Shown in pieces: positions 8,741 through 18,364 of a DNA stretch of 64,000 bases. A program made the position numbers and the translations under genes. This DNA is from an uncultured delta proteobacterium (GTDB taxonomy: Bacteria; Desulfobacterota; Binatia; JACPRU01), in NCBI GenBank assembly GCA_963745025.1, contig CAVUWD010000016.1, positions 320,001 to 384,000 on the forward strand, read 5' to 3'. Numbering within the stretch: position 1 is the stretch's first letter; each line of letters starts with the position of its first letter. Below the pieces are notes generated by a model that had not been told where the DNA came from, did not search any database, and saw only the letters and a list, made by a program, of their open reading frames with translations.

Positions 8741-9811
8741 ATGTCCGACTGTCCCGCACACAACGCGCCGCAGACACCGCACAGGCGCCGTCCACGCTAC
8801 CGCGGGAAACACCCGCGCCGCTTCGAGGAGAAATACAAGGAGCGCGATCCGCAGCGTTATGCCGAGACGGTCGCGAAAGTTCTCGCCTCCGGCAAAACGC
8901 CTGCCGGCACGCACCGGCCCATCATGGTTGCCGAAATTCTAGAAACGCTTGCGCCCAAGCCTGGTGAGGTCGCCGTCGATTGCACGCTAGGCTACGGTGG
9001 GCATGCGCAGGAACTTCTCGCGCGGCTTCAGCCGGGCGGACTTTTGCTCGGTCTCGACGTCGATCCCATCGAACTTCCGAAGGCTGAGGCTCGATTACGA
9101 GCGCTTGGCTTCGGTCCCGAAAGTTTTACCGCGCACCGCACCAACTTTGCGGGTCTTCCGCAAGTCCTCGCCTCGACGGGATTCTCCGGCGCGGACATCA
9201 TTCTCGCTGACCTCGGCATGTCCTCGATGCAATTGGATGATCCGTCGCGCGGCTTGTCCCTGAAACATACCGGCCCGCTCGACCTGCGCATGAACCCGCA
9301 ACGCGGTCAGCCCGCCTCGGTGCTGGTCGAAAAAATACGGCCCGATGCGCTCGCAGAGTTGCTCGTCAGAAATGCGGATGAACCAAACGCGCGCTCTCTG
9401 GCCGAAAGGCTCGCTGGCCGCCACTTTGCTACCACCACATCGCTCGCGGCGACCATCCGCGCCGCGTTGCCGCGTGTCAACGACGAAGATCGCGAGCTTT
9501 CCATCCGCCGCGTCTTTCAAGCCCTGCGCATCGCCGTCAACGACGAATTTTCTGCGCTCGGAACTTTTCTGCGTCATCTTCCCGCGTGCCTCAATTCCGG
9601 CGGTCGCGTCGCGATCCTGACGTTCCACTCCGGTGAAGACCGGCGCGTGAAAAAGTCTTTCGAGTCCGGCCTGAGCGCTGGTCTCTACATCGACATCGCC
9701 CGCGAAGTCATTCGCCCCACGCCCGCCGAACGTCACGCCAATCCTCGTTCGGCGCCGGCCAAGTTGCGCTGGGCGCGGAAGGGCCGCAGCGGCGCAGTTG
9801 GCAGTTCGTAG
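8741..9811 (+). CDS. rsmH: RsmH/MraW-family SAM-dependent methyltransferase (stand-alone paralog)
   Basis: VDCTLGYGGHA, ADLGMSSMQLD, GPLDLRMN, FQALRIAVNDE, LTFHSGEDR, NPRSAPAKLRWA. Not in the mraZ/ftsL context; has an N-terminal PRRFEEKYKE extension. Confidence 0.85.
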   Translation: MSDCPAHNAPQTPHRRRPRYRGKHPRRFEEKYKERDPQRYAETVAKVLASGKTPAGTHRPIMVAEILETLAPKPGEVAVDCTLGYGGHAQELLARLQPGGLLLGLDVDPIELPKAEARLRALGFGPESFTAHRTNFAGLPQVLASTGFSGADIILADLGMSSMQLDDPSRGLSLKHTGPLDLRMNPQRGQPASVLVEKIRPDALAELLVRNADEPNARSLAERLAGRHFATTTSLAATIRAALPRVNDEDRELSIRRVFQALRIAVNDEFSALGTFLRHLPACLNSGGRVAILTFHSGEDRRVKKSFESGLSAGLYIDIAREVIRPTPAERHANPRSAPAKLRWARKGRSGAVGSS

Positions 9812-9849
9812 TCCCGGCTCTAGCCGATTCCGATCTCGAGCGTCCGTTT

Positions 9850-10007
9850 CATGGTTTCAGACCATGCTTCGGGGCGTTCTCGTTGCCTGGCGGACCGCTG
9901 CGACCAAGCTTGCTGCGAACGCACGTGGGTTGACGTGACCCGAGCCCAAAAATAGAACTCACAGGATCTTGTGGGGTAACACCTGCTGGGGGGGCGGATT
10001 CCCCCTC
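9850..10007 (+). mobile_element. Second, degenerate att copy with adjacent terS-like remnant
   Basis: CAGGATCTTGTGGGGTAACACCTG at 9962-9985 is identical to 8468-8491. Upstream TTGACGTGA context is shared. The minus strand of 9850-9910 encodes GRSGPPGNENAPKHGL, like the TerS. Confidence 0.75.
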
Positions 10008-10040
10008 GAATTTCTGTGTGCTTTCCCCCAACATTAGACG

Positions 10041-10646
10041 ATGGCCAAGCTCGTTCTCGTCCGTCACGGGCAATCGCTTTGGAACCTCGAGAATCGCTTT
10101 ACGGGATGGGTCGACGTCCCGCTGACGGACAAGGGGCGTGACGAGGCGCGTGTTGCCGGAGAGCGGCTGAGAGACATCCGCTTCGACGTGGTCTACACGT
10201 CGGTGCTGTCGCGCGCGCAAGAGACGCTAGAAATCATTCTCTCCGTTCTCGGGCAGCGCCCGCCGATGATCCGGGATCAGGCCCTGAACGAACGCCACTA
10301 CGGCGACCTCCAGGGGCTCAACAAGGAGAAGACCGCCGAGCGATACGGTGCCGAGCAGGTCAAGCTCTGGCGCCGCTCCTACGATGTGCCGCCGCCGAAC
10401 GGCGAGGCGCTGAAGAACACGGCCGAGCGCACGTTGCCATTCTTCGAGCGCGCGATTCTCGGCGATCTCCAGCTCGGCAAGAACGTGCTTGTCGTGGCGC
10501 ACGGCAACTCCAACCGTTCGATCGTCATGAAGCTCGACGGACTCACCAAGGAGCAGGTGATCGCTCTCGAGCTCGGCACCGGTGTGCCGCTCGTCTACGA
10601 GATTGGAGCGAGTGGTGAGGTGATTTCGAAGGAGATCAGAGGATGA
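10041..10646 (+). CDS. gpmA: 2,3-bisphosphoglycerate-dependent phosphoglycerate mutase
   Basis: LVLVRHGQSLWNLENRFTGWVDV, LNERHYGDLQG, VAHGNS. Confidence 0.95.
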   Translation: MAKLVLVRHGQSLWNLENRFTGWVDVPLTDKGRDEARVAGERLRDIRFDVVYTSVLSRAQETLEIILSVLGQRPPMIRDQALNERHYGDLQGLNKEKTAERYGAEQVKLWRRSYDVPPPNGEALKNTAERTLPFFERAILGDLQLGKNVLVVAHGNSNRSIVMKLDGLTKEQVIALELGTGVPLVYEIGASGEVISKEIRG

Positions 10647-10650
10647 GAGA

Positions 10651-10718
10651 GGCTACGGGACTACAGGCTACAGGCAAGGCACCTCGGAGTCCGTAGCTGT
10701 AGCCTGAAGCCCGTAGCC
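10651..10718. repeat. Inverted array of heptamer repeats (GGCTACR-type)
   Basis: GGCTACGGG-ACTACAG-GCTACAG ... CCGTAGC-TGTAGCC-TGAAGCC-CGTAGCC. Confidence 0.7.
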
Positions 10719-10726
10719 ATATTCTC

Positions 10727-13420
10727 ATGGACCTCCCGAAGACATACGAGCCGTCCGCGGTGGAAGAGAAGTGGTACCGCTTCTGGCGGGAGCGTGGCTA
10801 CTTTCACGGCGACGAGACGCGGGGCGGGAAGACGTTCTCGATGGTCATCCCGCCGCCGAACATCACCGGCTCGCTGCACATGGGCCATGCGCTCAACAAC
10901 ACCATTCAGGACATCCTCTGCCGCTACCACCGGATGCTCGGCGACGTGACGCTGTGGATTCCCGGAACCGACCACGCCGGCATCGCGACTCAGAACGTCG
11001 TCGAGCGCCAGCTCGCGGCCGAAGGCACGGATCGCCGCGCGATCGGTCGCGAGAAGTTCGTCGAGCGTGTCTGGTCGTGGAAGAAGGAATCGGGATCGAC
11101 GATCACGCGCCAGCTCGCGCGCCTCGGCGTGTCCTGCGACTGGGAGCGAGAGCGGTTCACGATGGACGAGGGACTGTCGCGCGCGGTGCGCGAGGTGTTC
11201 GTCACGCTCTACGAGCAGGGCCTCATCTACCGCGACCGCTATCTCATCAACTGGTGCCCTCGCTGCCGGACCGCGCTCTCGGATCTCGAGGCGGAGCACC
11301 AGGAGATTGCGGGCGAGCTCTACCATCTGCGCTACGCTTACGCCGACGGCTCGGGCGCGATCGTAGTCGCGACCACGCGGCCCGAGACCTTGCTTGGCGA
11401 TACCGCGGTCGCGGTTCACCCCGAGGACGAGCGCTATCGCGACAAGGTGGGCAAGGAGGTGATCCTGCCGGCTCTCGGCCGGCGCATCCCGATCATCGCA
11501 GATGCGGTGGTGTCGCGCGAGTTTGGCACGGGCGCGGTGAAGATCACCCCCGGCCACGATCCGAACGACTTTTTGACCGGCAAGCGCCACGGCCTGCCGA
11601 TGATCTCGGTGATGGACGAGGAGGCGCGCATGACGGTCGAGGCCGGTCGCTACCGAGGCCTCGACCGCTACGAGTGTCGCAAGCAACTGGTGGCGGATCT
11701 CGAGGCCGAGGGTCTCGTCGAGAAGATCGAGCCTCACCAGCTGGCCGTCGGGCAGTGCTATCGGTGTCGCACGGTCGTGGAGCCGCTGCTCTCCGTGCAG
11801 TGGTTCGTCAAGGTCGGCCCGCTCGCTGCCCCGGCGATTGCTGCCGTTCGCGAAGGTCGCACGCGCTTCGTGCCCGAGCACTGGGAGAAGGTCTACTACG
11901 GCTGGATGGAGAACATTCGCGACTGGTGCATTTCGCGCCAGTTGTGGTGGGGACACCAGGTGCCGGCGTGGTACTGCCTCGACTGCGATCGCGGCGCGAT
12001 CCGCGGCGCGGCGCCCGAGGGGATCATCGTGTCGGAGCACGCCATCCCGATCGTCTCGCGCACCGACCCGACCGACTGTCCGCGCTGCCACGAGAAGAAC
12101 CTGATCCGCGACGGCGACGTCCTCGACACCTGGTTCAGCTCGGCGCTCTGGCCCTTCAGCACGATGGGCTGGCCGGAGAGGACCGCGACGCTCTCGCGCT
12201 TCTATCCGACCTCCGCGCTGGTGACCGGCTTCGACATCATCTTCTTCTGGGTGGCCCGCATGATGATGATGGGCCTCCACTTCATGAACGACGTGCCATT
12301 CCGCGACGTCTACGTGCACGCGCTCGTGCGCGACGAGCAAGGCCAGAAGATGTCGAAGTCCAAGGGCAATGTCATCGACCCGCTCGCACTCCTCGACCGC
12401 TATGGAACCGACGCCTTGCGCTTCACCCTGGTCGCGCTCTCGGCGATGGGCCGCGACATCAAGCTCTCCGAGGACCGCGTGGAGGGGTATCGGAATTACG
12501 CGAACAAGATCTGGAACGCGGCGCGCTTCGTGCTCTTGAATGCCGCCGGCGAGCAGACGGTGCCAAGCGACTTGCCGCTTCCGGCCGACGACCTCACGCT
12601 CGCCGATCGCTGGATCCTCCACCGCTTCGCGGTGGTGAGCGCCGAGGTGCGGGCGGCTCTCGAATCGTACCGGTTCAACGAGGCGGCGTCGGCGCTCTAC
12701 CGCTTCCTCTGGTCGGACTACTGCGACTGGTATCTGGAGATGGCGAAGATCTCGCTCGCCGAGCCGGAGCGTCGCTCGACCACGCTCGGCGTGCTGGTCG
12801 GCGTGCTGGAGCGCTTTCTGCGCTTGCTTCATCCGTTCATGCCGTTCCTAACCGAGGAGCTCTGGCAGGCGCTTCCCGCGCCGAAGAGTGAGGAGAGCAT
12901 CGTGATCTCCGCCTATCCGGAGGCCGCCGGCGAGTGGCTGCGCGCCGACGTCGATGCGATGGACACAGTGATCGAGGCCATCCGCGCCGTTCGCAACGTG
13001 AGGGCGGATCTCAACGTGGCGCCGAGCGCGGCGATCGAGCTCGTGGTCTTCGGTGACGGCCGTCCACGCCTCGAGCCCCACGAGAGCTACCTTCGCCGGC
13101 TCGCGGGCGTAAAGACAATCGACTACCGTGACGGGGGAGAGCGCCCGAAGGGCGCGGCCACCGTGGTGGTCGACGGCCTCGAGCTGGCGATCCCGCTGCG
13201 CGGGCTCGTCGAGGATCCGGCGGCCGAGATCGCGCGCAACCGCAAGCAGCTCGAGAAGCTCGAGAAGGAGATGCGCGGCATCGCCGCCAAGCTCGCCAAC
13301 CCCCAGTTCCTCGAGCGCGCTCCCGCGGAGATCATCGAGAAGGAGCGAGAGAAGGAGCGCGAGCTCGCGGAGCGACGAGCGAGCCTCGAACGGAACGTCG
13401 AGCGGCTGAGCACCTTATGA
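10727..13420 (+). CDS. valS: Valine--tRNA ligase
   Basis: [13 protein letters not shown] (HIGH), [18 protein letters not shown]-terminal coiled coil. Confidence 0.98.
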   Translation: MDLPKTYEPSAVEEKWYRFWRERGYFHGDETRGGKTFSMVIPPPNITGSLHMGHALNNTIQDILCRYHRMLGDVTLWIPGTDHAGIATQNVVERQLAAEGTDRRAIGREKFVERVWSWKKESGSTITRQLARLGVSCDWERERFTMDEGLSRAVREVFVTLYEQGLIYRDRYLINWCPRCRTALSDLEAEHQEIAGELYHLRYAYADGSGAIVVATTRPETLLGDTAVAVHPEDERYRDKVGKEVILPALGRRIPIIADAVVSREFGTGAVKITPGHDPNDFLTGKRHGLPMISVMDEEARMTVEAGRYRGLDRYECRKQLVADLEAEGLVEKIEPHQLAVGQCYRCRTVVEPLLSVQWFVKVGPLAAPAIAAVREGRTRFVPEHWEKVYYGWMENIRDWCISRQLWWGHQVPAWYCLDCDRGAIRGAAPEGIIVSEHAIPIVSRTDPTDCPRCHEKNLIRDGDVLDTWFSSALWPFSTMGWPERTATLSRFYPTSALVTGFDIIFFWVARMMMMGLHFMNDVPFRDVYVHALVRDEQGQKMSKSKGNVIDPLALLDRYGTDALRFTLVALSAMGRDIKLSEDRVEGYRNYANKIWNAARFVLLNAAGEQTVPSDLPLPADDLTLADRWILHRFAVVSAEVRAALESYRFNEAASALYRFLWSDYCDWYLEMAKISLAEPERRSTTLGVLVGVLERFLRLLHPFMPFLTEELWQALPAPKSEESIVISAYPEAAGEWLRADVDAMDTVIEAIRAVRNVRADLNVAPSAAIELVVFGDGRPRLEPHESYLRRLAGVKTIDYRDGGERPKGAATVVVDGLELAIPLRGLVEDPAAEIARNRKQLEKLEKEMRGIAAKLANPQFLERAPAEIIEKEREKERELAERRASLERNVERLSTL

Positions 13421-14262
13421 GCATCTTCGGGCAGGCTAGCGTTCGCCGGCTGATCCGGCTCGCCCTCGAGGAGGATGTGGGGCGCGGGGACGTGACCACC
13501 GCAGCGACGGTGGGAGAGGCGATCGAGGCGGTCGGGACGATCGTCGCTCGCCATCCGGTGGTCGTCGCGGGCTTGCCAATCGTCCCGGTGATCGTCGAGG
13601 AGGCGGGAATCGAGGCGCCGGGAATCGAGGCCCGTTGCCACGAAGGCGTGGCCGTCGGGTCGGAGACCGTGATCGGCGAGCTGCGTGGCAAGGCGGCCGG
13701 GCTCCTGACCATCGAGCGCGTGATGCTAAACTTCTTGCAGCGGATGTGTGGGGTCGCCACGCTGACGCGGCGTTACGTCGAGGCGGTTGCAGGCACACGC
13801 GCGAAGATCGTCGATACCCGGAAAACCGTGCCGGGGTGGCGGCTCCTCGACAAGTACGCGGTCGTGACCGGCGGCGGTGTGAACCATCGCTTCGGTCTCG
13901 ACGACGGCGTCTTGATCAAGGACAACCACATCGTCGCCAGCGGCGGCATTGGCGCCGCGATCGAACGCGCGCGGCGCCACGCGCATCACCTGATCCGCGT
14001 CGAGGTCGAGTGCGAGACGATGGCGCAGGTCGACGTGGCGCTTGCCACCGGCGTGGACGCGATCCTGCTCGACAACATGGCGGCAGCGGAGATCGCTGCG
14101 GCGGTGCGCCGCGTCGGCGGCAGAGTGTGCGTCGAGGCCTCGGGCGGGGTGACGCTCGCCACCGTGCGCGAAATCGCCGAGGCAGGGCCGGATCTGATTT
14201 CGGTCGGTGCGCTCACGCACTCGGCTCCGGCGGCCGATTTGTCGCTGGAGCTCAGGATTTGA
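13417..14262 (+). CDS. nadC: Quinolinate phosphoribosyltransferase
   Basis: [45 protein letters not shown]. Confidence 0.96.
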   Translation: MSIFGQASVRRLIRLALEEDVGRGDVTTAATVGEAIEAVGTIVARHPVVVAGLPIVPVIVEEAGIEAPGIEARCHEGVAVGSETVIGELRGKAAGLLTIERVMLNFLQRMCGVATLTRRYVEAVAGTRAKIVDTRKTVPGWRLLDKYAVVTGGGVNHRFGLDDGVLIKDNHIVASGGIGAAIERARRHAHHLIRVEVECETMAQVDVALATGVDAILLDNMAAAEIAAAVRRVGGRVCVEASGGVTLATVREIAEAGPDLISVGALTHSAPAADLSLELRI

Positions 14263-14425
14263 GAGGTTGCAGACTTCGGGAAACGACAGAGACGCCGGCC
14301 ACTCACCTTGCCCGTAGCCTGTACCCCCTCTCCAACGATTGCCCCCTTACAGCCTTTGGGCTATTTGCGGGAGCTCGCCGAAGCCGCGAGAGGAAACGAT
14401 TCGCGAACCCAAGGAGGAAGAAGCA

Positions 14426-15076
14426 ATGCAGATCTACGGCTCGTTTGGTCCGAACCCACGTGCGCTGAGGATGTTCGTCGCCGAGAAAGGCATCACGATC
14501 CCGACGAAGGAGCTCGACATCCTCGGCGGTGAGAACCGTCGCGCTCCCTACACCGACAAAAATCCGGGCGGCCAGCTGCCCGCGCTTGAGCTCGACGACG
14601 GAACGGTGATTGGTGAGACCGTGGCGATCTTCGAGTATCTCGAGGAGCAGAATCCGAAGGCGCCGCTCGTCGGCACCAACGCCAAAGAGCGCGCGGAGAC
14701 CCGCATGTGGCAGCGGAGGGTCGAGCAACGGATCACCGAGAACCTCTACAACGGATTCCGCTTCGCCGAGGGGCTCGCACTGTTCAAGGACCGCATGCGC
14801 TGCCTGCCGGAGGCGGCTGCCGGCTTGAAGCAGAACGCCCAGGACAACCTGCACTGGCTGGACAAGCTGCTCGGCAACCGAAATTTCATCGTGCCCGACC
14901 GCTTCACCATCGCGGACATCATCCTCTATTGCGCGCTCGACTTCGGCCAGAGCGTCGGCCAGGCGCTGCCGAGCGATGCGCCGAAGGTGAAGGCGTGGTT
15001 CGACCGCGTGGCGGCCCGACCGAGCGCAAAGGCAAGCCTGCACCCCAACTCGGCGCAAGTCGGGATGCGGGGCTGA
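14426..15076 (+). CDS. Glutathione S-transferase family protein
   Basis: GPNPRALRMF, NPGGQLPALELDDG, ETVAIFEYLE, FTIADI; RBS AGGAGG. Confidence 0.9.
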   Translation: MQIYGSFGPNPRALRMFVAEKGITIPTKELDILGGENRRAPYTDKNPGGQLPALELDDGTVIGETVAIFEYLEEQNPKAPLVGTNAKERAETRMWQRRVEQRITENLYNGFRFAEGLALFKDRMRCLPEAAAGLKQNAQDNLHWLDKLLGNRNFIVPDRFTIADIILYCALDFGQSVGQALPSDAPKVKAWFDRVAARPSAKASLHPNSAQVGMRG

Positions 15077-15125
15077 CACCGGCCGTCGGATCATCCCCGG
15101 CCGGCCGAAGACCGGAGAAACGTTC

Positions 15126-15962
15126 ATGCACCACGGCGTAGTGTTCTTCCAGGGCGATTTTGCCATGCGTCCCGGCGATGTGGCCCGCGCCTCCGAGGAT
15201 CGCGGGTTCGAGTCGATCTTCTTCGTCGACCACACCCACATCCCGGTGCGGCGCACTACGCCGTATGCGCTCGGCGGCGAGCTGCCGAAGGACTACTACC
15301 ATAATCACGACATCTTCGTGGCGATGTCGTTCGCCGCAGCGGCGACCAAGAAGATCAAGATCGGCAGCGGCATCTGTCTCGTCATCGAGCGCGATCCGAT
15401 CACTCTCGCCAAGGAGGTCGCGAGCCTCGACTTCCTCTCGAACGGCCGAGTGATCTTCGGCATCGGCGGCGGCTGGAACCGCGAGGAGATGGAGGATCAC
15501 GGCACGACCTTCCCCACGCGGTGGAAGCTCCTCCGCGAGCGCGTCGAAGCGATGAAGGCGATCTGGCGCGAAGACGAGGCCGAGTATCACGGCGAGCTGG
15601 TGCGCTTCGACAAAATCTGGTCGTGGCCCAAGCCCGTGCAGAGGCCGCATCCGCCGATCCTGCTCGGCGGTCACGGCGAGAAGGCGTTCGATCGGGTGAT
15701 CCGCTACTGCGACGGCTGGATGCCGCTCACGTGGGTGGACAAGAACATTGTCCCCGAGATCGGCCAGCTCCGTGGCCGAGCGAAGCGTGCGGGCCGCGAC
15801 CCACGAACGATCTCGGTCACGGTCTTCGGCGCCGCACCCGACGCCAAGGAGCTCGCCGCGTATGCCGAGGCCGGAGTTGCGCGGGTGCTCTTCGGGCTGC
15901 CCAATGCCGCGGCCGATCAGGTGTTGCCGGCGCTCGATCGCCTGGCGAAGCTGCGCGCGTAG
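15126..15962 (+). CDS. LLM-class (probably F420-dependent) oxidoreductase
   Basis: DHTHIP, RDPITLAKEVASLDFLSNGR, GIGGGWNREEM, PKPVQRPHPPILLGG. Confidence 0.88.
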   Translation: MHHGVVFFQGDFAMRPGDVARASEDRGFESIFFVDHTHIPVRRTTPYALGGELPKDYYHNHDIFVAMSFAAAATKKIKIGSGICLVIERDPITLAKEVASLDFLSNGRVIFGIGGGWNREEMEDHGTTFPTRWKLLRERVEAMKAIWREDEAEYHGELVRFDKIWSWPKPVQRPHPPILLGGHGEKAFDRVIRYCDGWMPLTWVDKNIVPEIGQLRGRAKRAGRDPRTISVTVFGAAPDAKELAAYAEAGVARVLFGLPNAAADQVLPALDRLAKLRA

Positions 15963-16017
15963 GCCGTGCGAATCGTTGCCAGGCGGTTGCCAAAGATTTG
16001 CCAAAGGAGTCAGTGAC

Positions 16018-16389
16018 ATGAGTCAGAAGACACTCTATGAACGCCTGGGCGGCTATGATGCGATCTGCGCGGTTGCGAACGATCTCTTGCCGCGCTTGCA
16101 AGCGGATCCGCGATTGGGGCGCTTCTGGCAGCATCGGGGCGAGGACGGCATCGAGCGGGAAAAGCAGCTGCTGATCGATTTCCTCTGCTCGAGCGCCGGC
16201 GGTCCGCTCTACTATACGGGACGGGACATGAAGATCTCGCACAAGGGGATGAAGATCAGCGAAGGCGATTGGGGGGCGTTGTTGGCACACCTGAACGCCA
16301 CGCTCGACGCCTTCAAAGTGCCACAGCCGGAACGGGGCGAGGTCGTCGCGTTCATACAGAGCACGAAGACGGATATCGTCGAAGTGTAA
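16018..16389 (+). CDS. Group 1 truncated hemoglobin
   Basis: TLYERLGG, GGPLYYTGRDMKISHKGM; RBS AAGGAG. Confidence 0.9.
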   Translation: MSQKTLYERLGGYDAICAVANDLLPRLQADPRLGRFWQHRGEDGIEREKQLLIDFLCSSAGGPLYYTGRDMKISHKGMKISEGDWGALLAHLNATLDAFKVPQPERGEVVAFIQSTKTDIVEV

Positions 16390-16408
16390 AGGAGGCATCA
16401 GCGAGCCA

Positions 16409-17641
16409 ATGGAAGCCCTCTACATCGTCGGCGTCGGCATGACGCGCTTCGGGAAGCTGCTCGAGCGTTCGGTGAAGGATCTCACCCGCGAGGCGGTGAC
16501 CGCCGCGCTCCGCGACGCCGGCTGCTCCGTGTCGGATCCTGAAGCGGCGTATTTTTCCAACGCGTGTCAGGGGCACATGCAGGGCCAGGATCTGATCCGC
16601 GGTGAGATCGCGCTGCGATCGATGGGCATCGAGGGAATCCCCGTGACCAACGTCGAGAACGCCTGCGCGAGCGCGAGCACGGCACTTTATGGGGCGGTGC
16701 AATTTCTGCGCGCGGGTATGGGCGAGATCGCGCTCGCCGTCGGCGTAGACAAGATGTACTCGACGGACCGCGCGAAGATGTTCAGCGTGTTCGACAGCGG
16801 GTGGGACGTGGAGACGGTGGAGGAGAACCGGCAGCGCTTGCTCGCTCTCGGGGCGGGTGTCCCGGTTCCCGAGGGCACGATGTCGACGCGACCGTACAGC
16901 GCGATGATGGACGTGTACGCCGCGTGGGCGCGCTTTCACATGCGCACGTTCGGGACGACGCGGGAACAAATCGCCGCGGTCGCGGCCAAGAACCACCAGC
17001 ACTCGACGGAGAATCCTCTCTCGCAGTACCGCGAGGCCTACAGCGTGGAAGAGGTGCTGAGGGCGCCGCCGATCACCTATCCTTTGACGCTGCCGATGTG
17101 TGCGCCGATCAGCGACGGCGCGGCGGCGGCGGTCATCGTCCGCGAGAGCGTGCTCGGGCGCTTTGATCGGCGCCGTGCGATCAAGATTTGCGCGTCGGTC
17201 TTGATGAGCGGCACAGACCGGCGGCCCGAGGAGGTCGAGAAGCACATCGGGCGCCGCGCGGCGTTGAAGGCCTACGAGCAAGCGGGAGTCGGCCCTCGAG
17301 ACATGTCCCTCGCCGAGGTGCACGACGCGACCGCGATGGGCGAGATCATTCAGATCGAGAACCTCGGCTTCTGTCCCTTTGGCGAGGGGGGGCCGACGGC
17401 CGCGCGCGGTGAAACGCGGATCGGCGGGCGCATTCCCGTGAACCCCTCCGGCGGCCTCGAATCGAAGGGACATCCGATCGGCGCCACGGGTCTTGGCCAG
17501 GTCTTCGAACTCGCGACCCAGCTCCGCGGTGAGGCGGGCCGGCGACAGGTCGAGAATGCGCGCTTCGCGATCGCCGAGAACGGCGGTGGCATCTACGGCA
17601 TCGAGGAGGCCGCCTGCTGCGTCACGATCTTGGGGGGCTGA
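16409..17641 (+). CDS. Thiolase family protein (SCP-x type)
   Basis: NVENACASAST, AEVHDA, SGGLESKGHPIGATG. Confidence 0.92.
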   Translation: MEALYIVGVGMTRFGKLLERSVKDLTREAVTAALRDAGCSVSDPEAAYFSNACQGHMQGQDLIRGEIALRSMGIEGIPVTNVENACASASTALYGAVQFLRAGMGEIALAVGVDKMYSTDRAKMFSVFDSGWDVETVEENRQRLLALGAGVPVPEGTMSTRPYSAMMDVYAAWARFHMRTFGTTREQIAAVAAKNHQHSTENPLSQYREAYSVEEVLRAPPITYPLTLPMCAPISDGAAAAVIVRESVLGRFDRRRAIKICASVLMSGTDRRPEEVEKHIGRRAALKAYEQAGVGPRDMSLAEVHDATAMGEIIQIENLGFCPFGEGGPTAARGETRIGGRIPVNPSGGLESKGHPIGATGLGQVFELATQLRGEAGRRQVENARFAIAENGGGIYGIEEAACCVTILGG

Positions 17642-18290
17642 GGCGTCGCCTGCCTCCCGGTCGCGAGCGCGCGTCGTTGGGTGGCAACAAGCCGTGCTCG
17701 ACGATGTCGTAGAACTCGGCGAAGGCCTGGCTCATCGTCAGCCCGACCCGCGCGAGCATTTCCGGGTCGACGAGCTGCGCGACCACGTTGAGCATGACCT
17801 CGGCGATGAGCTTCGCGTGGACGCCGCGAAAGTGCCCGCGCGTCGCGCCGTCATGGATGAGCCGCTCGAGGCCCGCGATCCGCTCCCGTTGATGGCTCAT
17901 CAGGCGCCGATGCGTGGCCGGAAAACGCGATAGATCGCGCACGAATTGCGCTCCGGCGTCGCGCGTGGCGATGATCGCGGCACCGAGGTAACCGGTGAGG
18001 GCGGCAAATGGATCCGTGGCCGCCGCGGCGGCGGCCACGCCCGCGCGCCGAAGCTTGGCGAGCCAGCGCTCGACGACGAGCTCGAAGAGCTTTTCGCGGC
18101 TCGGCGCGAGCTGATAGAGGGCGCGCTTGGAGCAGTGCAGCCGGCGCGCCAGCTCCTCGGTGCGGAAGTGCAGGAAGCCGTCGCGCAGGAAGACGTGCTC
18201 GAGCTCCTCGAGCAGGCGCTCCAAGCGTGGCGAAGCGAGGCGCAGGACAGGGACTGGCTTGGATGAGGAAGATTTCGCTTGACGCTGCAT
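17622..18290 (-). CDS. TetR/AcrR family regulator
   Basis: HTH VFLRDGFLHFRTEELARRLHCSKRALY; divergent from the apc-like operon. Confidence 0.88.
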   Translation of the reverse strand: MQRQAKSSSSKPVPVLRLASPRLERLLEELEHVFLRDGFLHFRTEELARRLHCSKRALYQLAPSREKLFELVVERWLAKLRRAGVAAAAAATDPFAALTGYLGAAIIATRDAGAQFVRDLSRFPATHRRLMSHQRERIAGLERLIHDGATRGHFRGVHAKLIAEVMLNVVAQLVDPEMLARVGLTMSQAFAEFYDIVEHGLLPPNDARSRPGGRRRLSPPRS

Positions 18291-18300
18291 GAAAACCCGT

Positions 18301-18326
18301 GGTACCGGGTGCGAGATCATAGTACC
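18301..18326. promoter_or_regulatory. Putative TetR operator GGTAC-N16-GTACC
   Basis: Spaced palindrome between the divergent TetR and apcA-like genes; same pattern at 28235-28260. Confidence 0.55.
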
Positions 18327-18364
18327 GGAGGATCCGAGGGGTCAAGCGACGAGGGAGACGCTTC

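Noticed and set aside
10661-12891. Long alternative ORFs overlapping valS (723 aa antisense, 706 aa shifted)
   Set aside because: High-GC shadow frames of a clear housekeeping gene.
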